A stretch of 63,753 nt of DNA, counting the filler, from Klebsormidium nitens (lineage: Eukaryota; Plantae; Klebsormidiophyceae), in NCBI GenBank assembly GCA_000708835.1. It is 4 parts of 4 records of this genome, joined end to end, with 100 filler letters (N's around TTAATTAATTAA, not from the genome) between each part and the next. Parts side by side here need not be neighbours in the genome. Positions count along the whole stretch, not along the records: positions 1 to 31,520 come from DF237758.1; 3 more parts are not named here. One strand, 5' to 3'. Made by a program: the position numbers and the translations under genes. How positions within the stretch are numbered: position 1 is the first letter of the stretch; the number at the start of each line of letters is the position of its first letter. Shown here one piece after another: positions 12,811 to 29,154 of the stretch. The notes beneath the pieces were generated by a model that was not told where the DNA came from, did not search any database, and worked only from the letters and a program-made list of their open reading frames with translations.

Positions 12811-14494
12811 AATTTCAAGTCGACCAGAAAAAGAGCGGGTTCGCTGATTAACATCCCTTGCTGGATTCATCTTAATGCTAGTGATCACTTCAAGACTTGC
12901 CCTGACATATGAATGGTGACTGGACTGGCATGCAGGCTCTTCAAAATTGATCAGGAGACGCAGTCTTTCAAGAACCTGCTGCGCTTCGGTTTGCGCGCCA
13001 CCGTAAATGAGAGATTTTAAGCACGCTTTTCAGTATGGGCAGGGGGGAGTGAGCCCAGCACCAATCTCGAACAGGAGACCTCTGAGACGAAACTGATCTT
13101 ATAATCCGGAGTGACGTTTCAGCGCACGTACGTAACATATGCTCCGTAGAGAAAAGGGGATTTTCCCGTTGGAAGCGACCTTAAAGTTATTCTATGACCG
13201 TCCATAATCCTGGTCCTGACTTATGCGTGCTTGTCGGTGGAAAGTCTGTGACAGGCGCCGTGCCGGCGCCGCATCAATCTTGCTGCCCTGGCCTTTATTT
13301 TGTACTCGTCCCCCATATCGTGCGGATATGACTGCTGTCCTTGAGCAACCGTTGCACGCTCAACTGGTGAAGAGAGATGAGCCCATGTTCGCCGCAGTGG
13401 CTTAAGCAATTCCGAAGCTGGTTTAAGAGGTATTCTCGCACTTCGCTTCTGGAGGGATGACTCTGAATGCACTATAGAGTGATTTTGTTGACTGTGAGGT
13501 TTGCTGAGAAAGGGCCATTTCTGGACATGCCTGGTACGTACCGCATCGCCCTTGCCAGTGATTAGTCATGTTCGTATGTGACAACCTGCTCGGCAAGGAT
13601 GAATCTTCTCGGCTTCCCGGTTTGGGAGCCCACTTGTATCCCATACGATTGTGAATGATGCCGGCAAGAAAAGCGCCAACCCCGTTATGGACTGAACGTG
13701 AGCAGGGGACTCGAACAAATTCTTTTGGCTCCAGATGTTTGCCTTTTGAGCTTCGTTCCTTTGTTCGCAAGTCTCCATGGATGGAATTCTGGTGGCTCAT
13801 GATACAGAATGATGTTCAAGCGGACGTTATTCGGCTGCCAGGGAAGTTATTCGAGAAGTTTGACATGGCCACTGGCAATAGCTGGCCCAGATGATTGTCA
13901 AGCTCCTTTCTTCTGACGAGGCAGCTTCTCACATCACTAGTAGTAGGTCTTACATAATTAAGAGAAGGTCCTGAGGCATTTTCCAACTTTCACTGTTCTG
14001 TGGGACTGCCCAAGATAATTACTCCTGAGGTCTGCTAGCCTCTCGCACGGCCTGACTTTTTCAGCAGCTAGCAAGCGTCAGTAATTCTTTCCAGATACTG
14101 TAATTACGTTACAACTTTGTGTTCGTCAAGGAATGGAGTAACCCTGCGCGCACGGCCCCGTGTGGGCAATCAGTACTAGACACAATCCTTAAATGACGCC
14201 ACACCTGATTACTGGTTTGCGCTCTTTAGCTAGAGAGGGAGCTCAAATCCCCAAGTAGCCTTCGTTGGGCTGTGCCCTGAGCGACTTCGCAACACCCTGT
14301 AAAGCCTCGGTCGTGCAGTGTTACGCATCTCAGGTTTCTTTGTGGTGCATGCTTTTTAAGAGGAGGTTTCGTTTTCCAGCGCTTCTTCCCCTGTAAAAGT
14401 TCTGGCGTGTCAGGCCTCTGAAGCTTCTCAGACGATTTCCGTTTGAATCGACATAGGGTACGCTTTGCTACTTTAGTATGTAAACGGAAGACGC

Positions 14495-14570
14495 TTGGCA
14501 ATGACGCTACGTAGGTGCTTGGCCACGTCCGCTTTGGCCATAGGCTTGACACTTGAAAATGTCCCCGAGC
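14495..14570 (-). promoter_or_regulatory. Repeat-head module copy E
   Basis: TTGGCAATGACG 14495-14506, GCCACGT 14522-14528 (ABRE core on -), TTGGCCA, CGAGCC. Confidence 0.45.
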
Positions 14571-15173
14571 CGCTCAACCAGGGCATAAATGCAATTACCT
14601 CGGCTGGGCCCCCCAAAATGGAGAACGACGTCCCGCACTCTCGTCGTCAGATTTTGCATACCGATCTAGTGCCCATGTGCATTTCTAGAAGTCGGATCGC
14701 CAAAAGAATAGGCGTGTATGTAAAATAGTGCTTTGATTCTTATTATTTGTAGGTCTGCTGCCTTCGGCGCGTTTACTGATTACGTCTTGCGTGCCGTTGA
14801 TTACTGGACTACCTAAATGTTTTTGGCGCCTGACAATTAGTTCGAGTTCCCCTAATGGGTCACTCCTGTAGATTTCTCGATGGCAGGCCTCCCGGATGAC
14901 GGTGCTCCATCACACTTGCGTAAGTTCTTTTGTTTACTAGTCCAAAGTATCACATTTGTTAACCTACTTTTCATTCTGAGACCACGAGCTGCGTAGGGGC
15001 CCGCTAATCTTGACCGCAGGGGAGATTTTAAGTCGGAACCGGTTGCCCTTGTCGGCGGCGGAACAACGGAACTCCAATTGATTCCATAATTATATTGGCA
15101 TGTATTTAATTACATGGTCGAGGCAATCATGGAGTACGCTCGGCGGACTGACCGACCACCGGACTGTGACTTT

Positions 15174-15270
15174 GGTGGGGTTAGCAGGGGGGTTAGGGTG
15201 GGTAGGGGTAAGCACATGGCGGAACGACTTAGGGTTAGGGTGGTCGTCATCTTTCCTTAGGGTTTTTAGC
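15174..15270. repeat. Degenerate telomere-like G-rich repeats including a telo-box
   Basis: TTAGGG at 15193, TTAGGGTTAGGG at 15229-15240, TTAGGGTTT at 15257-15265 (AAACCCTAA on -), plus GGGGTTAG and GGTAGGGG variants. Confidence 0.5.
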
Positions 15271-17547
15271 ACGAGGTCGTTCGATCTAGATCTCTAAAGC
15301 TTGCAAAGTTCATGACGTCAATGAATCTCTGTATCGGTGAAGTCTCTGAACTGCTGAGGCTGCTGGTTCTCCCGCCGCTTGGCGTCGCAAAGGTGAGCCG
15401 GCAGTGCAGTGAAATAGCTTCTTATAAACTTCTCCTACTCTTCTATTTTACTCTCCGCTTCTCGTTTTACCTCTTGTCCCCCTGAAAACGTTGTCACGCG
15501 AATTCTATCAAGTGCTCTAGCGCCCATCGTGTGCAGCATGAATGAGCCTGCCTTCCGGCCGTGGAAAATCACGAACCCAATTACGAGAATTCTTGGCAAC
15601 GCTTTCTTCAAGTGGGCGTCTGCCATTCGTGGTTTCCTCGGCGACGTTTGGTCGCAGACAACCACTTTGTGTCGCTGCGGTTCTGGATGTCATGACCTTC
15701 CGAGCGACTGAAAGAGTGTAGCCAATAGCGTGTGGTCGCCGAATAGGACATGTCCTTCGACGCCCTGCTTACGGAGGAAGAATCAAGGGACGAAGGCTTT
15801 GGCTAGGATACAAAGCTTTGGCTTGCCAAGAGTATTCCTTTCTGTTTCTTAACGTACATGTATACAATCGAGGTGCTCGTCCGCGTCTTCCCGGGCTCCA
15901 CCATTTAGACTCTCTGCTGTTGGCAGCCTCATCATTACTCCCGCCACTTAAGAGCTCGAGTCGTCTACTTCAATCTGTGTCCGCTGTCGAGAGCAGAACC
16001 CTCTCAAACCTTTCTCCGCCCTTTCGGCGCATTAAACTACGTCTCCTGCTCGAACCTTAACGTAACGGTGTCGGTTGAGTTGGGCTCGTTTTGACGAACC
16101 GATCGGCCTCACTCGGTCAAGTCATCGCGTGAGATCTGAAGCGCCCAATTGGAAGCTTTGATATCCGTATGACCCAAACTTCGCCAAGCTTTTGCTGAAG
16201 TTCAAGAAGCAACTAGTGTACAAAGCGGTACAGCTCTCAACCATAACCTGCTTGCAGGGTGACCTGCTTGTGGGGTCAACGAAGCAGGCTCGACCAAAGC
16301 TTTTGTATTCTTCTTTCTCAGAACTCTCATTTCGTGCAGCTGCAGAATATCATTTCATGTTCGTTTGAGCGGTTTGACATACTTTCTGTTGGCAGGGAAT
16401 GTAACTGTGGATTGCCCACCGTCGGGCAATAGCAGTACCGGGAAGGTTGCAATGATGCCAACACACGCACTCCTCAAAGGCCAAGCTTTTTGTCAGGCCC
16501 GAGTTCTCTTCTATGTAACGATATGTACAACATTGCTTTCCAAGGAAAACTTTGAGCGTTCACAAAAGTATACCAGTGCCTCTGGTCATGTGCTGCCTAC
16601 CAATGCTTCGTGGTGGCCGTCGTCTTGAACTTCGACAGCTTCGTCCTTCTCTGGGCGCTTCGAGAAATGTCTCCTTACCTTCCGAGAAAGAGCCGAGGCC
16701 CCCGTGAGAGCACGTGTGGTTTTTTGCATCCGGCGATAGTAGTGCACAATCTGGGGGGCCCTGTCGCATTGTTTCACGGTGGGTGCACCCCTCGACCGAC
16801 TTGGGGAGTCCAACTCTCGTTCGGAAGGCCTTTATGTCCTTGAGGATTGCAACCACCACTGGCCACAGGCAGTTGATAGCCCGCTTTTGTTCTCAGGGCA
16901 CCCGCGAACGAAACCCGCCGTTGGGCTTTCAAAGTGTCTGCGTTTACAAGGCCAGGCTCCACAATACCAGACCTTCGGGGGTCCGATTCATGGCAAGTTC
17001 AACAAAGCGCTTTGCTTCTCGACCGCAGGCAGGCGCAGATTGGGTTCACCCGAATTACGCTGCCACAAAGCAAGGGACTAAAACCTGAAAACACTAAGAC
17101 CCTATGTGGTTTGACGCTCCCGTCATCAAAGGAGCACGGCATATTGCGCCAGTTGGTATGCAAATGTTTTCAGCGATGACGATCATGCTGTCCGAAAGGT
17201 ACGCCTCAAAAGGGTTTTCTAACCAGCGACCGAGGCTGCCTGTATTATCGGACATTGTTTCGCGAGTCAGTGCTTCTCTTTCCCTTTCGGGTTGCGCGGT
17301 TTTGTTCCGACTATCCTCAGTCCGACAGGCGAGTATCTTGCTCGACCCGACGGGCAAGCGTGTCAGCACGTTGCAACGTGCATTCGCTTCTGTAATGTTC
17401 TTTTTCTTCTCCGCGTTTCCTGCTTCGGAAGGAGGAAGGGCTGACACTTTTTATAATTAGAAAGTCGCAGTTCTTGGTTTCATTGAGAGCGCCCAGCTAA
17501 CTCTGACGCCATTTCAGCGGCGCTGATCGTCTCACAAAAGGACACGC

Positions 17548-17615
17548 TCGGCAATGACGTTCGCACAAGTCTGGCTGCATTGGCCATTGCGGGGTCTTCT
17601 TCAATCGGAGCCATC
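17548..17615 (-). promoter_or_regulatory. Repeat-head module copy F
   Basis: TCGGCAATGACG 17548-17559, CTGGCT, TTGGCCA, GGAGCCA. Confidence 0.45.
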
Positions 17616-19034
17616 ATGCACTAAACCACAGGATTGTCATTTCTTGATACGGGGTCACAGTCCACGGGCCAAGAAAAGTGCGGGCTTGCTGTAAGAGAGG
17701 AAGAATCTCAGCCCAGTGCTGAATTTCAACGGGATGGACCTTCTAGTGACGACTCTCAACCCTGCTAAACTTCGGAATGGACCTTCTAGTGACAGATTGA
17801 ACCACATGCCGTAATTTGAACTTGGGCCTTTGAAAGAACGTTTGTGATTTAAGCTAGGTGGACTGAGTCTGCTCGTGCGTCGCGGCCCGTTTTGGATAAA
17901 CTGGTCTTAGGGGATCATCATTGGCTGGCTACGTCCGTGCACAGAGAGTGGGCCGAGTGCTCATGAGGGTAGTACTCAATAATGAATGCTTTGACGGGAG
18001 GTCTGTTGATGGGCAGTTTCAAACCAGGAAAACAATGAGTGAGATACATGAGGCGGCATGATGTTGATCGGCCTCATGCGACCGCCTACTATAGCTGCAG
18101 CGCCGTAAACCGAGCGCGCGGCCGCAAGTGCGCTGCGCCCGGCGCCGTCCGCGCTTGACCGTACGGTGTCGGACTCGATTGTGACCGTACATCCCGGTAC
18201 GGTCGACAACTACGAACTTCGGAATTGAATTTTCCGGCCTAGCGCGCCACGCGCCCATACGCGCGCAGAAGGCGATGGTTCGGCTCCAGACTCCGGCCCG
18301 ACTGGTGCATGCACCCGGCTTTCCATGTTCAGTGGACCGGTTGGTGCAACCGAGGGTTCACGGCACTTGGCCAGACAGGGGTGCTGCAGCTAAGTAGGTG
18401 CTTGCACTCTCGAGGCCCAGATCTCGTCAAGAAACCGAGCACAAGGCTCTTCGTATTTCTCATGAACTTAGTACAATGAAATGGAGACGGCCAGGTTGAG
18501 ATAGCCAGGGCGTGCCAGAGGAAGCGAGTTTTTCAGCCTGACAGGGTGGTTCATTTGGTTGAATTGATCAGTCTCTGTGACGCCCATTTCAGACCCCTTG
18601 GACTAGAGTGGATTTAATAGCACCTAGGTGCCTAGGGATCTCCTTGATTTCTGTATGTAGACGCGACCTGGCAATAGGTAGATTGACCAGATTCAGACCG
18701 GTACGCTCACTAGCACTGGCTTGCTAGTGAGCGTCGAATAATCATCATTCTGCTCCCGTCTCAAATCAGCAGATTTCACGAACTAAGATCCACTTGACTA
18801 GGTACACCTGATCACCCCCGGCAGGCGACATGAATCTGACTGGCTCGCTTCACTTTCTTCTGCCCCTTGTCCAGAATTTTCAGCGGTACATAATGCAGTC
18901 TTTCCACCAAACTCCTCTTCATTCCATAACCTACTCTCCGCAGCTTATCTGCACGAGCATCGTAAGCGAGCAGTCTTACCTCGCCTTCCCGTTCTCAAAT
19001 CTTGAGATTGTCCACTAGGAAAACAGCTGACGTC

Positions 19035-23358
<4,324 letters not shown>

Positions 23359-26300
23359 AAGCGCCCGAATCGTGCGCGCCTCGGCAAGCCTAATACCACT
23401 TGCGCGCTGTGGCGCAATTTTGACAGTCTTGTGAAGCCTCTGTTTGATGCCCTTGAAAGCGAGCTAGGCGTGTTTCGGGAGATTCTGACCGAAGCATGCT
23501 GACTCTCGATCGTGTTTGAAGCGTTGAGCCAGGATCTTGTGTATGTGTGGAACGTGTTGTGGATAAACATTGTACAGACCGGATTACGTTGATACGTTGT
23601 CTCTCCAATTTTTAAACTTGAAAGTGGGCCTAAGTGCAGATTCCGTGTCACTACGTTGCGTCCCGACTATTTCACCAATCGAATCCAATGCTTCGATAAT
23701 GCCATGTAATCTTTCACTGTCTATATTTAAGGTTTAACGGGAAATATCCTTTATAAAAGGTATGTGGACAGATTGAAACTTGAAATACTTCATAACGTTA
23801 CTGCGCTGCAAAGTACGGTCACATGATATGCCATATTGTGCAATGATTACTTAGATAAACAATAAACGACTTGAAGCATATATGATTTTTCTCTTTAAAT
23901 CGATACTATAGATTTGTCTTCTCAGTATCTTTACATCAATCCTAAACGAGGTACAATTCATATTGACATGCCGGGTAGTTAGGACTGATAAAGACATGCA
24001 TTCATTGCATCAGTAATCAAATCATCAGGCCGGTATATACAATCATACATCAGAATCAATCATTGCCAATATCGAATTGTGCAACAGGGAGCTCGGCATG
24101 ATGCAATGACGCCGGTAGCGGGACCACTTCACCTTTCGCTGAAATCGTATGATGCCATGCGCCGCATGCATGCCATACTACGTATGCGGCATTTGATGAA
24201 GTGCTTGTGTGTTGATCACTGGCTTGCCGCGGCCTGACTTCGTCAGATTAATGCGTCTTCAGGAAGTTCGAGTCGTGACTCAGTCCAAGCTCTACGTGTT
24301 GCTCAGCATGTACTAAAGCTGCAGCCCTGCCGGCCCGGTCATATAGAACTTAGCAGTGTCCGAAGATCCGACCGTCGCTGCCTCTGTAGACGAACCAAAG
24401 CTAGGAAGATTGATTAGAGTTCCAGCTCGCTTTCTTCGCCACTTGTTACCTCTTCTCCATGTCCGACGCCATAGACCTGAGGTAGTCATCTAAGTGCGAC
24501 AACAGTCCCTACAGGGACAATTAAGAGGAAGGACTTTAGCATTGCGTGCGCAGTAATTGCGTGCAGGCTCACTTTGGCAAGCTCTAAGGGAGCTAGGGTG
24601 CCGCTTGGTGGAAGATCCTAAGTAGACCACCCTGTCAGTTGTCCGTGCTTCTGCCCACACAGTCTACCTGTTATACCTCTACATAAGCATCAGATCTTAA
24701 TAGAAACGTAGACAACCCCGATCAAGAACGCAAAAGAGCCCCCCTTCTCAATTCTATCAAAACGTTTCAGCAGATTGAACCCTGTCAGACTCCCGTCCTC
24801 CACCCTTCTTGGTCCTACTCCGTAGATTGCGACAGAGCTGAACTCATATGCCACCTTTATCCCAATCGTCATAGCCGCGCAACCTGCGCAGTTCCTTATG
24901 CGCGTCGATCGGGCTGCCAGGAAAAAGCGGCCGCTCTTTCCACCGTTTCAGGTTCCTTTTCATTCTGGCCCTGCTAGCCGGGTCCTCCACCATCTTCAGT
25001 GACGCCTCAGGTCGTCTGTGGAGTCCAGAAAAAAAATCAACGGGTGCCAGCGAGCGTGGCTTAGATTCGGGGATGTGAGGAATAAAGCCTTTTAAGTAGT
25101 CCGTCTCTGGTGGTGTTTGAAGTGCCCGCACGACTTCAGGAGGTGTTCTTTCTTTTCCAAATCCAATGCTAGAATTATCAAAAAAAATCTAGAGTACTAA
25201 AAGTGTGCAAGAGAATGCCTCAAAGCACATCGTTTAGTCTGCTCTTCGGAATGAAAGCCACAGAAATCCCTGAAAGGATGATCCGAATAACAATTGACTC
25301 GGAAGTGATTGTGGACAAGACCAGACCAGAAAGCTAGTGTGGAAGCGAGTCTCTCATTCCGCTGCCGCTAACTCTTACCAAGCCAAAATGCAAATACTTG
25401 ATGTAGCTGAAGAGAGAATAAATACAGACGCCCCGTTTTGGAGCAGCTTGGACAAAATAGTACCCATCGGATGAGTCCGGATCAACAAACTCCCACAGAA
25501 CAGCCGCGGCGCTCTCCGCTTCTCGAAAGCCCTGATTTCGATTCACTCGGAGTAACATAGCCTGCGCAAGGAAGAACGAAACAGTTGCTGAAGCAATTGC
25601 AGCTCGAAGCTTCCATGATTTCAAAAGCACTTGATCCTGTTGGAAAGCCTTTGTAAGGGGCGCAGATTACAATGAAGAAACAGCCAATTATATTTTGCCC
25701 AGATTAGAAGACAACTACGAGACGGTTCATCCTATTTGCGCGCCGGTGAAATATCCATGCCACCCCTTATTACGCTTCTTCTATCAACTTCCTTAAAATC
25801 TGTTGATAGGGGGACGGAAGATATGAAGCACTCGAGATCCATACGACAAAGATCAAGAAGCTGCAGCTAGAACAAGACGGACGTCATTATGCAGAGCGAT
25901 TTCGCGCAATCTGAATAAAGTATCATTCCACACATAAGTCGTTCACGACTGTCCGCAAGCTCTATGAATTGGACAGTTGCAAACCCAAAGTAAGAGATTC
26001 TATCTACAAGAGATCTACAGTTGGCAACGCACAAACCTCAATTGAGTCGAGCGAAGCTAAGGCAAGACAATTGTTTGCCTTGAGCATCAGGTTAGCATCC
26101 ACTCGCACCTGGAAAAGACCGATAAAACCTGCGCTATTGAGGCGAGAATGTTTCAGGGACTCAGAGTGGGCTTTCACACCAAGTTCGCTTTCAATTGGGT
26201 CACCGCCTTACCATAGCCCTCTCCCCCATGCCTCCGTGCTTCTCTCTCAGAAACGCGCCGACAGCGTATCTGGGGCCGGCGATTGTGGCAGCCGAACTGC

Positions 26301-28708
26301 GATTGGTTGCGTTTCAGCAGATTGTTCTCCGCTTTCCTGAGATGAGAGTGTGGGTGAGAACATGCTGGACGCATGCGAGGATAGAAGAGGCTGGGGACGA
26401 GGACGTGCACTCTGTGCGGAGAACGCCAAAAGAGCTGGGATAGGGGCGAGTTTGGATGAAGATGTTGGTAGAATATGCAACTTGGACTGAAGCAGCAGCC
26501 TTTAAGAACAGCGTGCAGAAGTGGCCTCCATGCATCTTTCTTTCGGCTTTCCTGACATGATCAGAACGCTGAAGTATTGGAGTTGATTGGCCGCAGCGCT
26601 GTTCATGAGTAGCCAGGCATTGCAGGGCCAAGGTAAGGCATTGTTCCTCTAGCAACTCAGGCTTTGCTCCCCTATTTGTGGACACAAACGTGAAGAATCT
26701 GGGAATCTGGATCCCTGAAGTCATCTGATGCCTGCATAAAGGGCTTTGAATGGAGATCCCGTCAGGATATGCACTATTTTCCAAGTTCTTTCAAATATTC
26801 CTGGACGCACCATGAGATCTGGAGGCGTGTTTCCAGCTGCGTCGTGGACATTAGGGCCAGTCTCTGCGGAAACACACCAAGCACCGGCCTTCACTATGTT
26901 TCATCTGGTTAGAGAGAGTGACAATGAGGCTGCTTGGAAAACCTTCAAGAGAGTCCTCTCATGCCAGCACAAGATTTGGCACAAACTGAGCTTGAGACAA
27001 CCAGCGCTCATAGACAGGAATGAAAGCTGCAGAAACATACTTGGTACTGAGAACACTTGCCAAGTGTCTTGAACCACTTTCCCAAATGGTGGAGAGTCCC
27101 TAGCGCAGGCAGACCAATCTAATGGCGTCCATGATGCACATTGCCTATCAATAGAGGAGCCCCAATCCCAAACCCCTCGGTGACACCGCCGGAAGCAAAG
27201 CATTTAATCTCACCTGTACAGATAGTGGTAGTGCTACCAAAAAGACGCACCGTCTGCAAGAGCAGAGAAAGTTTTTAGCACATCTAACATGGTCTATTAT
27301 TTACAACTGCAAGTGCATTATTCTCAAATACACCCGCAACTTTTAACAGATTCAGATCTTATCCTCACAGTGCTGTACTCTGGAACTGAACCCACATTGC
27401 CCGTAGTTGCTAACTGCCTCTGCGAAAGACCGAATGGTCTGCGCATGCTGCCAGCTGGAATCTGGGACAAATTCAAATTGCAGCCCACTTACCTGGCTGC
27501 TCGCAGCGCACCGGGCCTGATTCAGAAAAACGGACAAAAGAGCAATTCCAATAGATCCCGCCATCGGACTCGCCATATTTTAAAGGCTGGGAAAGTTTGA
27601 CAATCCCCGCTAAAGGAGCTCAACGCAGCGGCATATGTTGTGCTTATCTAAGCATGCTGCCAACAGACGACCTGTCAAAGCTGCCGGGAACCTCGCAGCG
27701 CCCTTGAAGAGAGGGCCCTGCAGGATTTCCCAGCTATTGGACCTCGCTTTGATCACATTGTTGGCCGCCTCGCCATGCAATGCAGTAAGCAGTTCCCAGT
27801 TTTTGTAAAGAATTGCAGAATCAGAAGCTTCCTGGACTTCTCAGGAGTGGTGCTATGCAAGTACCTAGCCAGCTGAGCTCACCAGCGCCAACCCTAAACC
27901 TTACGATATTACGAACACAGGACTCGAACCCCACCCAAACCCTGCAGGCTGTGTTGCTCGTTGCATTATCGCGGCCGCGTCGCGCCCGGCTCTTAGCAAT
28001 TATAGCAGAAATGATCATTAATTGCGGGCCGGGCCGGGCCATTTTTGCAAGAGGAATTCGGTCACTCTCAGTGGTTCGTAGAGTAGCAATTGAGGTATGT
28101 GTTTCGATGCGACTAGACGTATTGATGTGGCCCCGGACGTGCACTGTCGTTATTCACCACATGAGCTGATCGAGTTGCTGCCGCATGCTATTTACGCAAA
28201 CGATGGCGTCCCAATTGCGCGCGCAAGCAGTGGCAGAGATGGCTCGCCGACCGTCATGACCGCCAGTTTCTGACTTCCAGTCATTGCTCCCATCAGCACA
28301 CAACATCAATCATGTTACCTTGTCTCCACGCAACTAATAGCAAAAGTTCCTAGCTAGCTGACTAGCTTTATAGAAGTTTATATAGAAGCTTTGTTGCGCT
28401 TATGGCGCATCACTTAGGGGTCAATAGAAACCGCACAGTCAACGCTTGAAAACGGGCCCATGATCGATGCTGCAAAGACCAAATGTTGAGGGCCACGGCC
28501 AGATAGTATTGCGGAGCGCGCGCCGGCCGACCCTCGGCGATGATAGTAGGTGCAGCACGCAGGGCTCAAAAGGCAGATCAACTACGGTCGGTCACTCGAC
28601 GAGCTTCTGATAGGTTCAACCAGTGCGAGACTTTCATGACCAGAAAGAACGACACATGACTGATCGATCTAGTAGACCCGGTCTCATGTGGCGCTTTGAC
28701 TCGAGCGG

Positions 28709-28870
28709 TCAGAAAAAGGAAACCGTGCCACCTACGAAGTGCGGACCTCTCAGGATAACTCCGATGTCATTGGCCTTGAACAGGGGTCTTGTGCCCTCCC
28801 AAATGATATCCACTTCGTAGCTCTCTCCGTTCACGACGAAGGCCTTGAGGATGTCCAACTCGTGGCCCAT
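28709..28870 (-). pseudogene. bro: Bro-N domain N-terminal fragment (large DNA virus bro family)
   Basis: Hand translation (too short for the ORF track): MGHELDILKAFVVNGESYEVDIIWEGTRPLFKANDIGVIL then RGPHFVGGTVSFF*. The DIxKAF...PLFKAxDIGxIL pattern matches my recollection of the start of NCLDV Bro-N proteins. Similarity stops at about 28750. Confidence 0.65.
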
Positions 28871-29154
28871 GGTTGCCTCGCGCTGTGGATGGTTCTTTCT
28901 ATGATACTCGAGTTCCTAAGCTTGAGGGCGTGGCGCTCATCCCTGGGTCTCGTCCTCATTGCACAATTCAAGTCCTTAAGCTTGAAAGCGTGGCGCTCAT
29001 CCCTGTCCCATCCACAAGGAACCCACGTTCCTAGGTCTGTCAGACCAGACCTTCCTTAGGTCCTTCACCAGCCCGCGCTCTGTCGGAATGTCACATCGTT
29101 GATCCCAAAAGCTGTCTGCACGGAATGCATGCCAACCAGAATTGATACTCTGCT

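Larger units (their letters stand above)
600..17640. repeat. Array of >=7 diverged copies of an unknown ~1.5-2 kb unit (six read on -, one on +)
   Basis: Shared head module TTGGCAATGACG..TGGCC..TGGCCA..GAGCCAC at 2445, 4062, 5616 (inverted), 10513, 12718, 14495 and 17548. Body homology is visible by eye between several copies, e.g. CAGGCAGCCTC..GACAGCA..CGTCAT(T/C)GCTG..CCAATCTGCGCC in the 12718 and 17548 copies and TGTGGCGTCA..TTGCCCAC in the 4062 and 14495 copies. Outer boundaries are approximate. Confidence 0.75.

Noticed and set aside
16148-16171. HTDIKASN on the minus strand resembling a kinase catalytic loop
   Set aside because: Isolated 8-mer in a frame with nearby stops and no DFG, VAIK or Gly loop; probably chance.
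2445-17559. Reading the TTGGCAATGACG module as a CRISPR array or as a chlorovirus-type AATGAC early promoter
   Set aside because: Spacing is kilobases and irregular, no cas genes are present and the DNA is eukaryotic. The motif is embedded in longer host-like homologous units far from the viral block.
17734-17793. 17-bp direct repeat ATGGACCTTCTAGTGAC (two copies)
   Set aside because: Small local duplication with no supporting context.
24440-27300. Minus-strand ORF pieces (24844-25131, 25334-25630, 26314-26784, 26901-27203), including an ankyrin-like GPNVHDAAGNTPPDL
   Set aside because: A decayed or spliced gene may exist, but I could not build a consistent exon chain or recognise a family; a single half-motif is insufficient.
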